NCBI GenBank assembly: GCA_026914245.1
Contig: CP110439.1
Span: 248,001-312,000, forward strand
Direction: 5' to 3'
Source: Puccinia triticina
Taxonomy: Eukaryota
DNA length: 64,000 nt
Shown here: positions 25,154-37,872 of the stretch, piece by piece
Numbering within the stretch: position 1 is the stretch's first letter
Layout: every line of letters begins with the position of its first letter
The notes under the pieces: generated by a model
Told to the model about the DNA's origin: nothing
Database searches by the model: none
The model's input: the letters and a program-made list of their open reading frames with translations, nothing else
Position numbers and translations under genes: made by a program

Positions 25154-26285
25154 TGTAAAGCTCAAAAGTGTTCCTGAGAACCTTTTGCTGAGTGCGGAAA
25201 GGGATGTATGAGGAAACCTCTGCCTTTCCTGGTTCACTAGACACTAAAACAAGCCCACCAATCTCAGATTGGCAGGTTTAATGTAGTGATAGTGGAGTGT
25301 TATCAAAAGATAACTGTTGTTATAAAGTGGGTGCGATGAAGTGGCTAAAATGTGTTATGAGTGAGGAGTCTGGACTTCAACCAGATGATAGTTGGTCAAA
25401 GAGGACCCCTCAGAGGTTTGTGTTATGTAATGTGAGTGTTGTGTAGAGTTGTTATTTCGTATGTAAGTGTTTTGTAATGTGTGTAAAACCAAAATATAGG
25501 GTGACTGATATATTGTGGAGTGAGCAGTTGTGTACTTTGTTATAGGGGAAACTGAGTGCAGGTAGTCTGCTAGTAGTCTGCTGGGGGGAAAGTTACAACA
25601 GGGGAGGAGAGCCTCCTTTTATAGACAACAGTGAGGGATTTTAGCTCCAGAGGAGCTCCACATGAGAGATTTTAGCTAGGTACATGAGGGTTTTTGGCTA
25701 GTACATATGTTGAATGGGTGAATGTGATTGGTCAGGACTGTACAGGTGATTATGGGTTATGACCTGCAGGCTGAATCAGGAGGTGTGATTGGTCAGGACA
25801 GGATGTTAGTGTAGTCATGCTGTAACCAGGTCACCTGCTGTTGTTATGCAACGAAATTCCACTAGCGCATGCAGCTTAGTGCATGCAGCTATCACATGCA
25901 GCTAGCACCTGCATGTGTGCCTGCATGTGTGTCTGCATGTGTACACTGTATGTATGTAAGTGATGATGCAGCTATGTGTAAATATGTATGTAGCTATCTA
26001 TGTAACCGTGTGTGTAACTAAGTGTTGTAAATGTGGAATGTGTAACTGTTTGAGGTTGTAAGGGGTGTTGTGAGTGTGTAAGAGTATGTAACTTCTGAAT
26101 GAGTGCCCTTATGAATGTTCTGTAAGGCAAGACTAGGGGTGAATTTGTCCCAAGAAGCTGAATCTTGAGGAGTATTAGGTGATTTATAAGAGGAAAAGGG
26201 AGTTTAAGAGTGAGACTAATAGAAATAAGAAAAAAAAGCAGAAAATTTTGATTTTGGCATATGGGATACCATAAAGCATACCACA
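25154..26285 (-). repeat. 5' LTR of the Gypsy element
   Basis: 1132-bp direct repeat of 14721-15852, with a minus-strand TATAAAA near 25617-25623. Confidence 0.97.
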
Positions 26286-26616
26286 CCGCCGGTGGGTACC
26301 CACCACACTTCAGCACATAATTCTATGCTATTGCAGGTACCCATTGCGTGTGTGCAGCTCCCTGCATGTATTTTTACTAAAATGGAACCCCTGGCACCCG
26401 CCATGGGCGCCTGCCAGTGCAGGCGCATAGAATTATGTGCTGAAGTGTAGCGGGTACCCGCCGGCGGGTGCCAAGTGCCATCTCTAGTTTGGATACATCT
26501 TGATCAATTGGATATGTTTCAATCAAGCTGGAATACACATTGCACAATAGGAGGGGCTTGAATAGCATGAATGAAAGAAAATGGAAATAGACTACTATCC
26601 AATCTGGATGCCAAGC

Positions 26617-27544
26617 CTACCATCCCATCTTCATGCGGAGAATTGGATCAAATGATACATAGACCTTAGTGTTGTTGTCTTTGCTGAGGAAATTTGTGGC
26701 CTCAAAAAGCTGGGAGTGGGTCAAACTGTCTTCTTTTTGAACCAAGTTCACTGCTTGAATGTGAACAGTTGGTGGCACGGCCAAGGGGGTGAAGACCAGA
26801 GGTGGAAATGGACCTTGCATGGAAATTGACATTGATGAGCTCATCTTCCTCATCCCACCAAGGAAATCATCAGGTGAAAATGCTGAGCCTTGCTTGTTCT
26901 TGGATTCAATTGGGGTGGCTGTGGTCACAGTTGAAGGCTGAACATCTTCATTGCTGTTGTCATCATCAATGGTTTAATCAATCCCTTTGCCCTTGCCATC
27001 AAGATCCACATCATTCCCAATGTTGTGTTGAGTTTATGTAGGACTATCAACGGTCGTGATTTGGAGATCACCATTGGCCATGTTGCCTTCAATTAGGAAT
27101 TTGAGATTGTGGTAGAGAGGTAAAGTCCGTGTCTGCCATCAAGATAGGTCACAACCTGTGGCACTTTTGTTTGTAGGTAGCTCCATCCATACAGAATTGG
27201 GGAGAACACCATCTTGGCCGTCTCATCCCAACCTGCGCCTGACATTCTCACAACGTTATTGAAGGATAAGTAGAGCTTCATCAGCTGCAGAAGAACAGTT
27301 CATCAGTATATTTATATTTCTTAGCTCCAGCGGTAGAAGAAATCACCGCTGCCCAGCGGTTCTTGCACATGCTTGGATCCTTGGCTTTTGAACCAGTGAC
27401 CAACTCCAATACTTCTAAGGCTTTTGCAGCTTGTACCCAAGAGGTAGTCTTGAACCCTTTGGTGGTGCCTGCGTGCTGCCCTTTCTGATCCTTCAAGCAA
27501 TTGACCAGAACCACATCATTGGCTTTGGTCCAACAACAGGTCAT
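26617..27544 (-). pseudogene. Myb/SANT-like DNA-binding protein remnant (PIF/Harbinger ORF1-like)
   Basis: WTKANDVVLVNCL..GFKTTSW..AAKAL..CKNRW and SGAGWDETAKMV fit the Myb/SANT-like domain; the frame is broken. A Harbinger-like end CCAAACACCCCC-TAA lies at about 28175-28189. Confidence 0.65.
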
Positions 27545-28428
27545 TTTGTTTTTGTTTGCTGAAAGCTAAGATTCTGGTACATTATCCAAAGACAATGAGA
27601 CTGAGCTGGGTTGCAGGCAACGGAGCTGTTTGATTCAAGGTTTCAGGCTGGGATGCAATTGGAGTGATGGATTAATGTGCACCCGCTGGTGGTTGAGTTT
27701 CTGATAAGGCAGGTTGCTGGGAAGGACAGGTGGTAGATGCCGGTGTCTTCTTTGCAGGAGTCAAGCAAGGAGATCAATGTGTCTTAGATCCTGCTTTTGG
27801 GGGAATTTTCTGAGGGTAAAAGATGTTTGCAAGTTTTTTCAATGAAGTGAATGAAACTGGGTGCCTAATTTTGGCTTGTAGAGGTGATGTGAGTGAAAAA
27901 TGCAGGACTTGGTAGTTCTGTGGAACGAGGCAAGGACAAGGTGTGCAAGGGGACTTGAGTATGTTTTGAAGACCAAGCCTACTTGAGATTCACCAAAATA
28001 GGCAAATCTCAGCTTGGTGGGGTGCATTCAAGATCCTGGATCTCAGATTTTTCTGAGATTTTTTGCCAGCTGAACGGGTATTTGGGATCTTGGATGAATC
28101 TCAGACCTTGAGATTCTGGATCTTGGGATAATCTCAACTTTTGCAGGGGCTTGCAAGAGGATTCATCCGCGCGTCCAAACACCCCCTAAACAGTGGTTCC
28201 GGTTGGTTTTTGAACAACACATCCCTTGCAGAAGAGACATCCCAAACTAGGGATGAGACCTGGTTGGAAAACAGTGCCCAAACCCAACCCAGAATTTAGT
28301 GCAGGTCATATTTGAAAATATGCTGCCCAAACCCAACCCAACATCTTGCTGTTTTGGTTCATGGGCCCTGGGGTGACCCGAAGGGTCTTGGGTCAACCCA
28401 ACCTATTACTAAAAACCCCCAAATTTAC

Positions 28429-29394
28429 TGTTGGAGGTGTTGTAGTTGGTTTGCAGGCCAATGTGGAACTACTCAAAGGGGAGAATAGAGCTTGAAAGGG
28501 AGATGGATAGCAACACTAGTACTAATGTAAGCTATGCAAGGGTGCTGATGAGGCTGCCTTCCTGACTAATACTGAGGGGAAGAGAGTAACACTAAGAAAA
28601 AGAAAGAAAAGATGGGGCTGATTTCTGCTTGATCTTAGGAGCTAGTACTATGAGCTGACTACTGACTACGAGGGGGTGAGGGTTGGAGCAGTGATGATAG
28701 AGGGGAATGCAATGGCAAAGGTTCAATAGCAATGGGTTCAGGAGCAACAGCAATGATATCAATGAGTAATGGGTGATGAGTAATTTCTACTATAATTTCT
28801 GTATCTAGATTCTAAATTTCTGCATGAGGTACAAGTGAGGGGGGAAGGACAGTTCTTATATGAAGTAGGGATGAGCACAGACAATCAGGAATTCTGGATA
28901 TGGGAATAAAGGTTATACAAATAGGGAAAAGTTCTGGCTATGGGAAGAAAAGATTGTACAAATGGGGAAAGTGATGTGAACATAGTAACAACTTGTAATG
29001 ATGAGCACTACTGAAAGGGATAAGCACAGATCCAATGATGTAATGTGTACAATAGCCATAGTACATAAGGAGTAATGTATGTAAAGGGTTTAGTATGTGA
29101 GAAAATATCTGTGAAAAGAATGTGATGTAATGATTCAAGTAAGTTACTAATGAAATGAGTATTGGAACTAATGAAGACTGTAGGTTTTCTGTAAGTCTTA
29201 TGTCCTCTATAACTAATGAACCATTGAAGATAAACTATGTATGAGTGACTATAGGTGAAATGAGGCGTAGAATCTGAATATGCAATATCAATGAGGTATT
29301 TGTGAAGGGTTATGGGGTAATGAGCAGTGTAATGATGAATATATGCAAAAGAAGATACTAAAATACTACCTATGGTTTGGAATGGAGCACCACA
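28429..29394 (-). mobile_element. solo LTR, same family as 34286-35411
   Basis: About 930 bp visibly homologous to 34469-35411, ending GGAGCACCACA. No matching TSD seen. Confidence 0.8.
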
Positions 29395-29458
29395 CTGACC
29401 CAATTAGAAAATAGGCTGCCCCAGACCCAACATGGGTTGACCCAACCCACTTCCAAAC

Positions 29459-31830
29459 CTATTCCAAACTGATCAGAGGTTGAACAACTTGCAGGAAATG
29501 AAGAGCCTTCAGACAGATTGATGATCCTAGGCCGTTGTCAATGTGCACGTAGCCATCACCTTCAAATTTCATGGATTGACTTTCAGCAATCTCCAGGGAC
29601 AACAAATGCTTCTTGTATGAGGAGAAGTGTTCCTTTTTTGCAAACAGATGATCAACGCATTCTGAGTTGAGGAAAATTGTCATGTTTGAGTGAGCTGACA
29701 GTGTGAGAATACCAGCTGAGGGGAACAGCACCTAACTCATAAATTGAGGAAGACGCAAGGAACTAAATTAGATGCGGAATCTGGTAAGCAAAAGCAAACC
29801 ATTTCCACAGTCCAAATCAGCGCCACAGGAGCTGTGAAACTGAAATCATCTTTTGATGTAAACAGGTCCAAGGCACGCAAGCAGCAAGATTAGGCTCACA
29901 GAAAATCCCGGCCCACAATCCCTCATCACATGAATCTCAGCAAGCACCAAAGGTAAGCGGCTGCAGAGACTCAATATGAGGTGATCAGATAGATGCTAAC
30001 ACTCTATTCCGCAATCCTAGACAGAACTGTTGAAGACAAGCAGAAAAAACATCCCAATACTGCTCAAAGAGCAGGAAGCAATATTGGTACGAGTTTTGAG
30101 TTCAAAGAGTGCAAGAGGCAAAGTAAAAACAAGAAGCAAGCAGCTGATGCAACGTGTCTATCTATGTAGACTGCGTTGTGTCACTACTCCGCTGATTGGC
30201 TGACGCTAAGTGAAAACCACTCAGGTCTAAAAGACCAGTCAAAGTAAGGCTTGAATGAACCTTCAGGAGAGATCAGAGAAGTGGCATAGGGCCAGGCTAA
30301 TGATGAACATCATCCATGACAGACCGTCAACAGCCAACACAACCTTTTCTTACTATATCTTAATCCTTAATCTTGAGTAGAGAGCAGCTCTGTTCCTGCT
30401 CTTAGGTACATTCCCTTACTCTTATTTTCTGATGCTCTCATTTTGCATCACAAAACTATTGTACACAATCTTAGTAACATAGTCTGATCAAAATGAAATA
30501 CTCTTAGTTCTTTGAAGTTTTTCAGACAGGGCCTTCTTTGGATTGATACACCTGTATGCTCCATTGCTCAAAATGTTGGCGGAATCCAAGTCATTGTTGA
30601 CGGCTGCCTTGGCTTGTTTCTTCCATTTCTTTTTCTTGAGGCAGGGGTGAAGCTGCCAGGATTTTCTGGCTGGATGAGAGAGTTGAAATGACCACCAGAG
30701 AACAGTTGAGGACTCGAGGAAGAAAGCTTGAGTGAGATGGTGAAGGTTTGAGGCATTGAGGAGAAAAGCTCAGAGGCACCCAGAAAAGGAGAATAAACCC
30801 CAGAAAGGGTCAAGCTGCTAGCTGTGAGGAGGAAAAAAGGCTCCTCACTCAAGAGACTCACTGGTCTCAGGGAAAAGCGCACAGAAAGCTGATGGTGTTT
30901 TGATTATCCAGATGAGCAGACTTTGTAGCTATTACAACTGAGGGACAAGTTGTGGGCAGAAGGTGAACAAGCATATTCATCTGGAGGGAGGAAAAAGGAG
31001 TGACAGATGTGTGAAAGGGAGAGAAATGGACCCTGGGCTGTTGCAGTTCCAACAGAGAGGTTGCAGGATTGTGAACTCCACCTTTTCAAAAAGGGACCGT
31101 TGCCATGAGATCAGATTTGGACTTGATTGTTTGGGAGTTGGAACTTGAGATTGATACACCCAATGAGCTGTTGATCTTTCCTTGGATGAGTTCCTTTACT
31201 TCTTTGACAGTCAAGGGGTGTTTGTTGGCTAGTCAATCCTTGAAAGAAATAAGAGAATCAGGAAGTTTCATGATGATTTGTTTGGAAAACAGGTGCTTGT
31301 GAAGGTTGATGTCTTTTGGTATTCCAATAACCAATCCAACAGAGAATATAGTTGCCAATTGGGCATTAAGGTCTTCAAAGAAGGGAGGCAGATCTTTGCC
31401 AAATTTGAGGTTGCAAAAGGACTGATAAACCTTAGCTTGGTTTTCAGCGGAGTTGAATTCATAGCTTGTTGATAGGAGCTTCCACAATTTTTGTGGATCT
31501 TGTTGGTTGGTGTTGTTGAAAAACTTGTTATTGTTAAGTTGTCCCATGGTGTGTACCAATATACCAGCGGCTTTTCCTCTCCTTGCTTCATAGATCTCAA
31601 ACTTTGTTTCATAGGTCTTGGGAGGAGCTTTGATGTCACAAAGGAGATACTTGTCAAGGTTGGGTTCTTGACAGTAAGCAAGGATCTGGGTCTTCCATTC
31701 TTCCCAGGTGGTTTTGCCAAGACTTGGTACAGTGTCTTTTGCCGTTTTTTCAGACAACATAGCATGAGCTCTGAGATATTAGTATCTAAAAGGCATTGGT
31801 TAACCAGTGCTAGACTGGGCTCATAATCTT
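29459..31830 (-). pseudogene. degenerate Ty1/Copia element (gag and protease remnants)
   Basis: Gag-like WKTQILAYC..LDKYL..AAGILV..DPQKLWKLL; protease-like IFLNSECVDHLF..QPLISL; Copia-type PBS GATTATGAGCCC on the minus strand at about 31817-31828. Confidence 0.7.
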
Positions 31831-32511
31831 TTGGACAAGTGAGATAAGTGATCCAAATTATGAGAGGAGCACACAAGCAAGACACACAACAACCAACCTG
31901 AGAAACGAGCTGTGTGGATCAGTTGAGGAGGAAAGCCGAGTTGAATTAATGATATTTCATGCACACCTTTTGGACAAGTGAGATAGGTGACACGACTTAT
32001 GAGAGGAGCACATGACCAAGATACACAAAAACCAACCTAAGAAAGAACAATGATATGTTGAGCTAGTACACAGTTGTTTCCTATTCTCCTTTCATTTCAG
32101 CTCCCGCTTCCGTATGCCACACACATGTCACATCACTGTCACTTGCTTTCCCATTCACTCATGTAGACCTGAAGCAGCGGGTGTGGAAGAACTTTTTCCT
32201 CATCCTTCCACACCCATTGCACACTCAACTCGCCTGGTGCCCGCTGTCTTCAGGTATGATTGTTTCCTCTTCTTCATCTCTCTCTTTCCTTTGTTTCTAT
32301 CTTTGTCTTGCTGGTCTGCTCTCACACATCTGCAATCCAATGATCCTTCCACACCCATCGCACACTCGACTCGCCTTGTGCCTGCTGTCTTCAGCCCTCT
32401 GTCTCCAGCACTGAGCTTTGTCAAGCTCATCATGATGATGGAACATGGTGAAAGAACAATAGCTGAGACACAAGATGCGGGGATCAGTTGAGGAGGAAAG
32501 CCGAGTTGAAT
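31829..32511. repeat. cluster of short direct repeats, probably rearranged Copia LTR
   Basis: ~77 bp at 31829/31968; ~30 bp GATCAGTTGAGGAGGAAAGCCGAGTTGAAT at 31917/32482; ~52 bp at 32202/32343. Confidence 0.6.
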
Positions 32512-32951
32512 GAATGAAGAAAAAGAGAACGGGTACAATGTGCCTTCAGGCTCTTGACTACATAAAACTAGGTCTTTGACTACTGTGGCAAAGCTAATTG
32601 AAACTATAACAAGATTACTAATCAGGAACCGCAGATAGTTATTTGGCCTTAGTACCCAGGTACCACCGGCAAGTACTGCCCACCCACCATAGGGAAAGGG
32701 ACCTGCAGACAGGTAGTTGTAGCATGTTATGAGCTGTAGCAGGGGCTCTCATGTACATAGCTGACACATACATGTCACAAACCAAACCTTCATGGTTCAC
32801 AAGGCTGGAGATCCAGGCCTCTTCCTCATCCTGCACTCTACCATCTTAGGATCCTGAACCCCTGAGCCTTTCTATCTCTCCATAGAACAGACCATAAAAA
32901 AGTAAAGAAACACACTGCAGTTGTATTTTTGCATTATGTGTAATCCAACAG

Positions 32952-33096
32952 CAACGGTGGACCGCAAAACTAAACTACACCAAACTCCACAAATCTACGC
33001 AAGTAAAAACTGCTAAAAAGCTAGATGGGTGTTAGTGTAGCGCCACAAACATCCCTCTGGAGTAGTGCTTTGGCTGTAGTGGACGGCCCACTGTTG
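32952..33096. mobile_element. MITE with CAAC..GTTG ends and 7-bp TSD
   Basis: CAACGGTGG..CCACTGTTG flanked by CCAACAG on both sides. Confidence 0.75.
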
Positions 33097-33342
33097 CCAA
33101 CAGTAGGTATGACTGCAGTGTATCAAAGGGGGAATCCAGGGCCCATTCACCCATCCCTATAATATCCCAGGGGGATCCAGGGCTAGGCTGGCGGTACCAG
33201 TGGTACCTGTGCCCCAGGGGGTGCCAGGTGTGGTACTATGTACCTGAATTTGGCCAAAAAAGTGATGCAGTAACTGGGTACCACTTGGTACCCAGATCCA
33301 GATCCACTAGCAGGTATCTGCCAGTGGATAGCAGGTACCCGC

Positions 33343-34234
33343 TGTAAGACTCAAAAGTGTTCCTGAGAACCTTTTGCTGAATGGAGAAGGGGATGAGGGA
33401 GGTGCAAACTCTGCCCTTCTATGCTATCAGTCAACAAGACCCACCAAGCTATGCTTGGCAAGTTTTGATCAAGTGATAGGGTAGGTTGGCTCAAGATGAG
33501 TTGTTTGATTGACAAGGTATAGAGCTGATGATGTATGTAAGGGTTGGTTATAATTGGTAAGGGTGAATGTTGGGGTGACTGTGATTCAAGAGTGATGAAC
33601 TGAGGAGCTGACAACTGGGGAGGAGAGAGCTCCTTATATAGACAAAAAGTGGAGCCCCAGAGGGCTTGTGGGTTAGGGTTTCAACTAATCTAGACAACAG
33701 TGTGAGGGATTTTAGCTGGTGAGAGTAGATACAAATGATGTCATAATGTGTCAGGGGTACATAAATGATGTCATAAGAATGCATTAGGGCCACATGGAGG
33801 CTGCGTAAAGTGACAGTAGACTGCATGAATTGACAGGTGGATGCAGGGGGTGCATAAATGAAGTCTGAGACTGCAGAGTCAGTGTGTGATGACATCATAA
33901 TATGGAAATAGAAGAGTACTTGATAATATGTAATGACTGTAGTCTGATGGGGAGATGTATGTTTGTATCCTGTGATGTGTATAAGCATAACACTGTGATC
34001 CTTGCTTGTGACAGGTTGGTGACTGGTATGTTGAACATGTGATGGGTGTCCAGTGTCCAAAGAAGTGTAGGTTCCAATCCAGAGGGGCTCCAGTGACGCT
34101 TCCAGTGGTGACTAGGGGTAAACTTGGCCGTAGAATCCATTTCTGGGGTCCATTTGATAGTATCTTGAGGCGTATTGTGAGTAAATATGTAGTATAGAAA
34201 AAACCTTTGATTTTTCACTTTTCCGTCTACCACA
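33343..34234 (-). mobile_element. solo LTR related to the 14721 LTR family
   Basis: Starts TGTAAGACTCAAAAGTGTTCCTGAGAACCTTTTGCTGA, ends TACCACA; TSD CCGC at 33339-33342 and 34235-34238. Confidence 0.88.
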
Positions 34235-35484
34235 CCGCCAGTAGATGTGGATGTAATGGGAGGATTTTGGCAAGGGTGCAACCGCTGTGGTGGTTGAGTC
34301 TGGCGCAGGTGTCAAAGTTTCCAACGGAATTTCCAGGCACGTGGTGCTGCGGGCACAAGGGCTCCGCAGGATCTTCAAATGGCGGAAAGTGGCAGAGCTG
34401 CGGTGTGCAGAGCAGAGCGGACTTTCCGAGTCCAGGCAGTCCATTGCGGACATCTAGAGCAGCGCGGTATGGAACTACTCAAAGGGGAGAATATCTCTTG
34501 GAAGGGAAATGGATAGCAACACTAGTACTAATGTAAGCTATGCAAGGGTGCTGATGAGGCTGCCTTCCTGACTAATGCTGAGGGGATGAGAGTAACACTA
34601 AGAAAAAGAAAGAAAAGGTGTGGCTGATTTCTACTTGATCTTAGAAGCTAGTACTATGAGCTGACTACTGTCTACTGAGGGTGAGAGGTGTGGAGCAGTG
34701 ATGAGAAAGGGGAATGAAATGGCAAAGGTTCAATAGCAATGGGTTCAGGAGCAACAGCACTGATATCAATGGGTGATGAGTAATTTCTACTATAATTTCT
34801 GTATCTAGAATTCTGCATATAATTCTCTGCTCTGCTGGGGTACAAGTGAGGGGGAAAGACAGTTCTTATATGAAGGAAGGATGAGCACAGACAATGAGGA
34901 GTTCTGGCTATGGGAATGAAGGTTGTACAAATGGGGAAGGGTTCTGGCTATGGGAATAAAAGACTGTACAAATGGGGAAAGTGATGTGAACATAGTAACA
35001 GCTTTTAATGATGAGCACTACTGAAAGGGTTAAGCACAGATCCAATGATGTAATGTGTACAATAGGCATAGTACATAGTGAGTAATGTATGTAAAGAGTT
35101 TAGTATGTGAGAAAATATCTGTGAAAAGAATGTGATGTAATGATTCAAGTAAGTTACTAATGAAATGAGTATTGTAACTAATGAAGACTGTAGGGTTTCT
35201 GTAAGTCTTATATCCTCTATAACTATTGAACCGTTGAAGATAAAGGGGTACTATGTATGAGTGACTATAGGTGACATGAGGTGTAGAATCTGAATATGCA
35301 ATAATAATGAGGTATTTGTGAAAGAATGATGAGGTAATAGGCAATGTAATGATGAATATATGTAAAAGAAGATAACAAAATACTACTTATGGTTTGGAAT
35401 GGAGCACCACATCCTCCCCCAACTTATTGTCTGTCCCCAGGCAATGCACCAAAGAGAAATGTGATCCAGAAAGAGTTGAAGAAT

Positions 35485-35735
35485 GTTGAGTCCAAGAGTC
35501 CAAAGTCCAAAGTCCAGTGTTCCTCCTCCAAAGGGTGAAATCCAAAGTCCTGAGTAGCAGTCCAAATCCAGATTCCAGTGTCCAAAGCTAAATAGAATCC
35601 AAGTGTAATCCAAGTCCAGTATATCTGAGTCCAAGGTATCCAAGTCCAATCCAAAGTCCAATAGTCCTATGTATCCAGAGTATCCATAGTCCAGTATCCA
35701 ATCCAAAGAGTCCAGTATCCAAAAGAAGGTCCAAT
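35485..35735. repeat. degenerate short tandem repeat (RTCCAR units)
   Basis: Many GTCCAA/ATCCAA/GTCCAG units at 6-10 nt spacing. Confidence 0.7.
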
Positions 35736-37291
35736 TATCAATGAGGGGTGAATGTTTAAGAGGATATAACTCTGCTGAAGGCAATATCCTTGAGACAGAC
35801 ACATATTAGACTAAATTCCACTCTGAAGAATACAATAATTTTCCTGCCTAAAATGAGACCAAGGAAGAATGCAATGCAATGATGATGAATGATGGGGTTG
35901 ATAATTGTAATTTCTGAAGGTTGTGAATGATTTGGAGTTGAATGACTGAATTTCTGAGTGTCTGAATATAAAATGTAATGTTCTGTGAAGAGAATTTGAA
36001 GTCCAGAGATGTTGATAAGTTGTCCAAAGAATATTCTTGCTCAAATTGGGTGGTTTTTGAACTGCAATGTGTTGGAAGAAAGTGATTATAATGGTGAATG
36101 AATGACTGTTTGAATTGATGGTTCAATAATTCTTAGAATACAGGGTGAAGATGATGAAGAAATTCCAGTATTGTGGTGGTTGGATGTCCAGTAATTGCTA
36201 TAAGATGCTAAGGAATCTCATGGATCCATGGATGATGGGGAGAATGAATGATTGATTGCCAGAATGGATTGTGGATGGATGATGGAGGAATCAATGATTG
36301 ATGATCCTTGATTTAATTGATTTCCCCATATTCACGATGAGAGGCCTTTAATTTCGTCCAAATGAGGAATGGAACATGTGTCCATGCGCGCGTGCTGTTG
36401 AAAGAGGGGTCCAGTTGTCTGAGCGGGGGCTCCAAGCGGTAGGCGCGCGTGCAGAATGCCGAAAACAAAAGAAATAATTGGTCGGCTATAACTTTCAAAC
36501 AGCCCGATGGAATTTCTCGAGACCTAGCTCATTCGAAAGAAGAAATCTTGAAGAAGGAGTTGATTAACGACTGTGTAGGATAGATTAAAGATTAAAGCGA
36601 GATCCGCGGGCGCGCATAGTAGTAACACCGTGTAATTTAGAAGGCAATTTGTTTCGCTTATAACTACTCTTTCACTCGATAGAATTGCCTAATTCCGGGT
36701 TCATTTGAAAGCCGGGAAGGCAAAGGTAAAGTGAAAATCGATCAATATTAAGGATCAACTCGGCCGAGAGGGCGCCGTGAACGCTGAATGAATACTGTAA
36801 ATGAGGTCACGTAAATCCTAGCAAAACTTTGAGCGCTTATAACTCCAAAACCGATCAACAGAATCGGCTAAAACCGAGTTCAAATGAAAGGGAAGATCAG
36901 AAAGATAAAACTTAGAGCAAGTAATATTAATTTTGAGTCTCTCCGATAGGGTGTTTTGAGTGATCAAAGTTTCATTCCGATTTTCCTCGGTTTCCGCCAC
37001 AGAGGGGTTGCAATCGAATGAATACATAATGAATTAAGCCTAAGGTACCGCCCGGGAGCTATCCAAATGGAGTCCTGAAGCTGGCAAATCGGCTGGAACG
37101 AGTTCTAAATGAAGTAATTGAAGTATACACGCGCCAGGAGAGATTAAAAACTTAGATTAAACTGGGTCGAACACCAGAGTCAAAATTTAAGGAAATGAAA
37201 GGAAAGCCGCGCCAAATGCTTCTGAGGATTGAAGGCGTCCATAGTGACGTCATAATATGAAAAGAAATGATATCTATAAGGCCCCAAGTCG

Positions 37292-37872
37292 TCGGCCAAC
37301 GGAAAAATTCTGTTATCCTTATCCGTTTATCCGTAATGTTGCGCCTCCTCCACGAGTACATCATTAAACCACTCGTCTGATACCTCCGTATCGTCATCGC
37401 AGCTCGACGAAGAAGCTGTTATCCAACCTAGTCACTCATTCCCGTTTTCCATTTGCCGAGCACATTCAGCCGTAGATAACGTCCACACCTATAATTCCGG
37501 TATGAGATACTTCAAGCTCAAAGAAGTCGATGCCCTCCGCCACTAAATCCAACAGGGTCTCCTCGCCTTCGCCCGTGAGGATGTAGTGGCGGAGGGCATC
37601 GACTTCTTCGAGCTTGAAAGTATCTCTCATACCGGAATTATAGGCATGGACGTTATCTACGGCTGAATGTGCTCGGCGAATGGAAAACGGGAATTTGTGA
37701 CTAGGTTGGATAACAGCTTCTTCGTCGAGCTGCGATGACAATACGGAGGTATCAGACGAGTGGTTTAATGATGTACTAAGGTGTTCTTGCGGCGACGACG
37801 GCGTGGAGGAGGCGCTGAAGGGCAACATTACGGATAAACGCATAAGGATAACGGAATTTTTCCGTTGGCCGA
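37292..37872. repeat. long inverted repeat (hairpin)
   Basis: Arms 37292-37545 and 37584-37872 are reverse complements with few mismatches and small indels; 38-nt spacer. Confidence 0.95.

Larger units (their letters stand above)
14721..26285 (-). mobile_element. full-length Ty3/Gypsy LTR retrotransposon, gag-pol inactivated
   Basis: Two 1132-bp TG..CA LTRs, 4-bp TSD CCGC, PPT at 15853-15866, and gag-PR-RT-RH-IN order on the minus strand. Confidence 0.97.
14698..26486. mobile_element. hAT-type MITE split by the Gypsy insertion (14698-14720 plus 26290-26486)
   Basis: TIRs TAGGGATGGCACTTGGCACCCGCC.. / ..GGCGGGTGCCAAGTGCCATCTCTA, about 60 bp once rejoined. 8-bp TSD GTTTGGAT at 14690-14697 and 26487-26494. 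Confidence 0.9.

Noticed and set aside
30028..30550. Possible solo LTR inside the Copia remnant
   Set aside because: TG..CA candidates exist but no matching TSD was found.
31829..32511. Spaced direct repeats as a CRISPR-like array
   Set aside because: Only pairs, irregular spacing, eukaryotic context; explained by LTR rearrangement.
35383..35802. LD/W-rich 139-aa ORF
   Set aside because: It is a translation of the RTCCAR tandem repeat.
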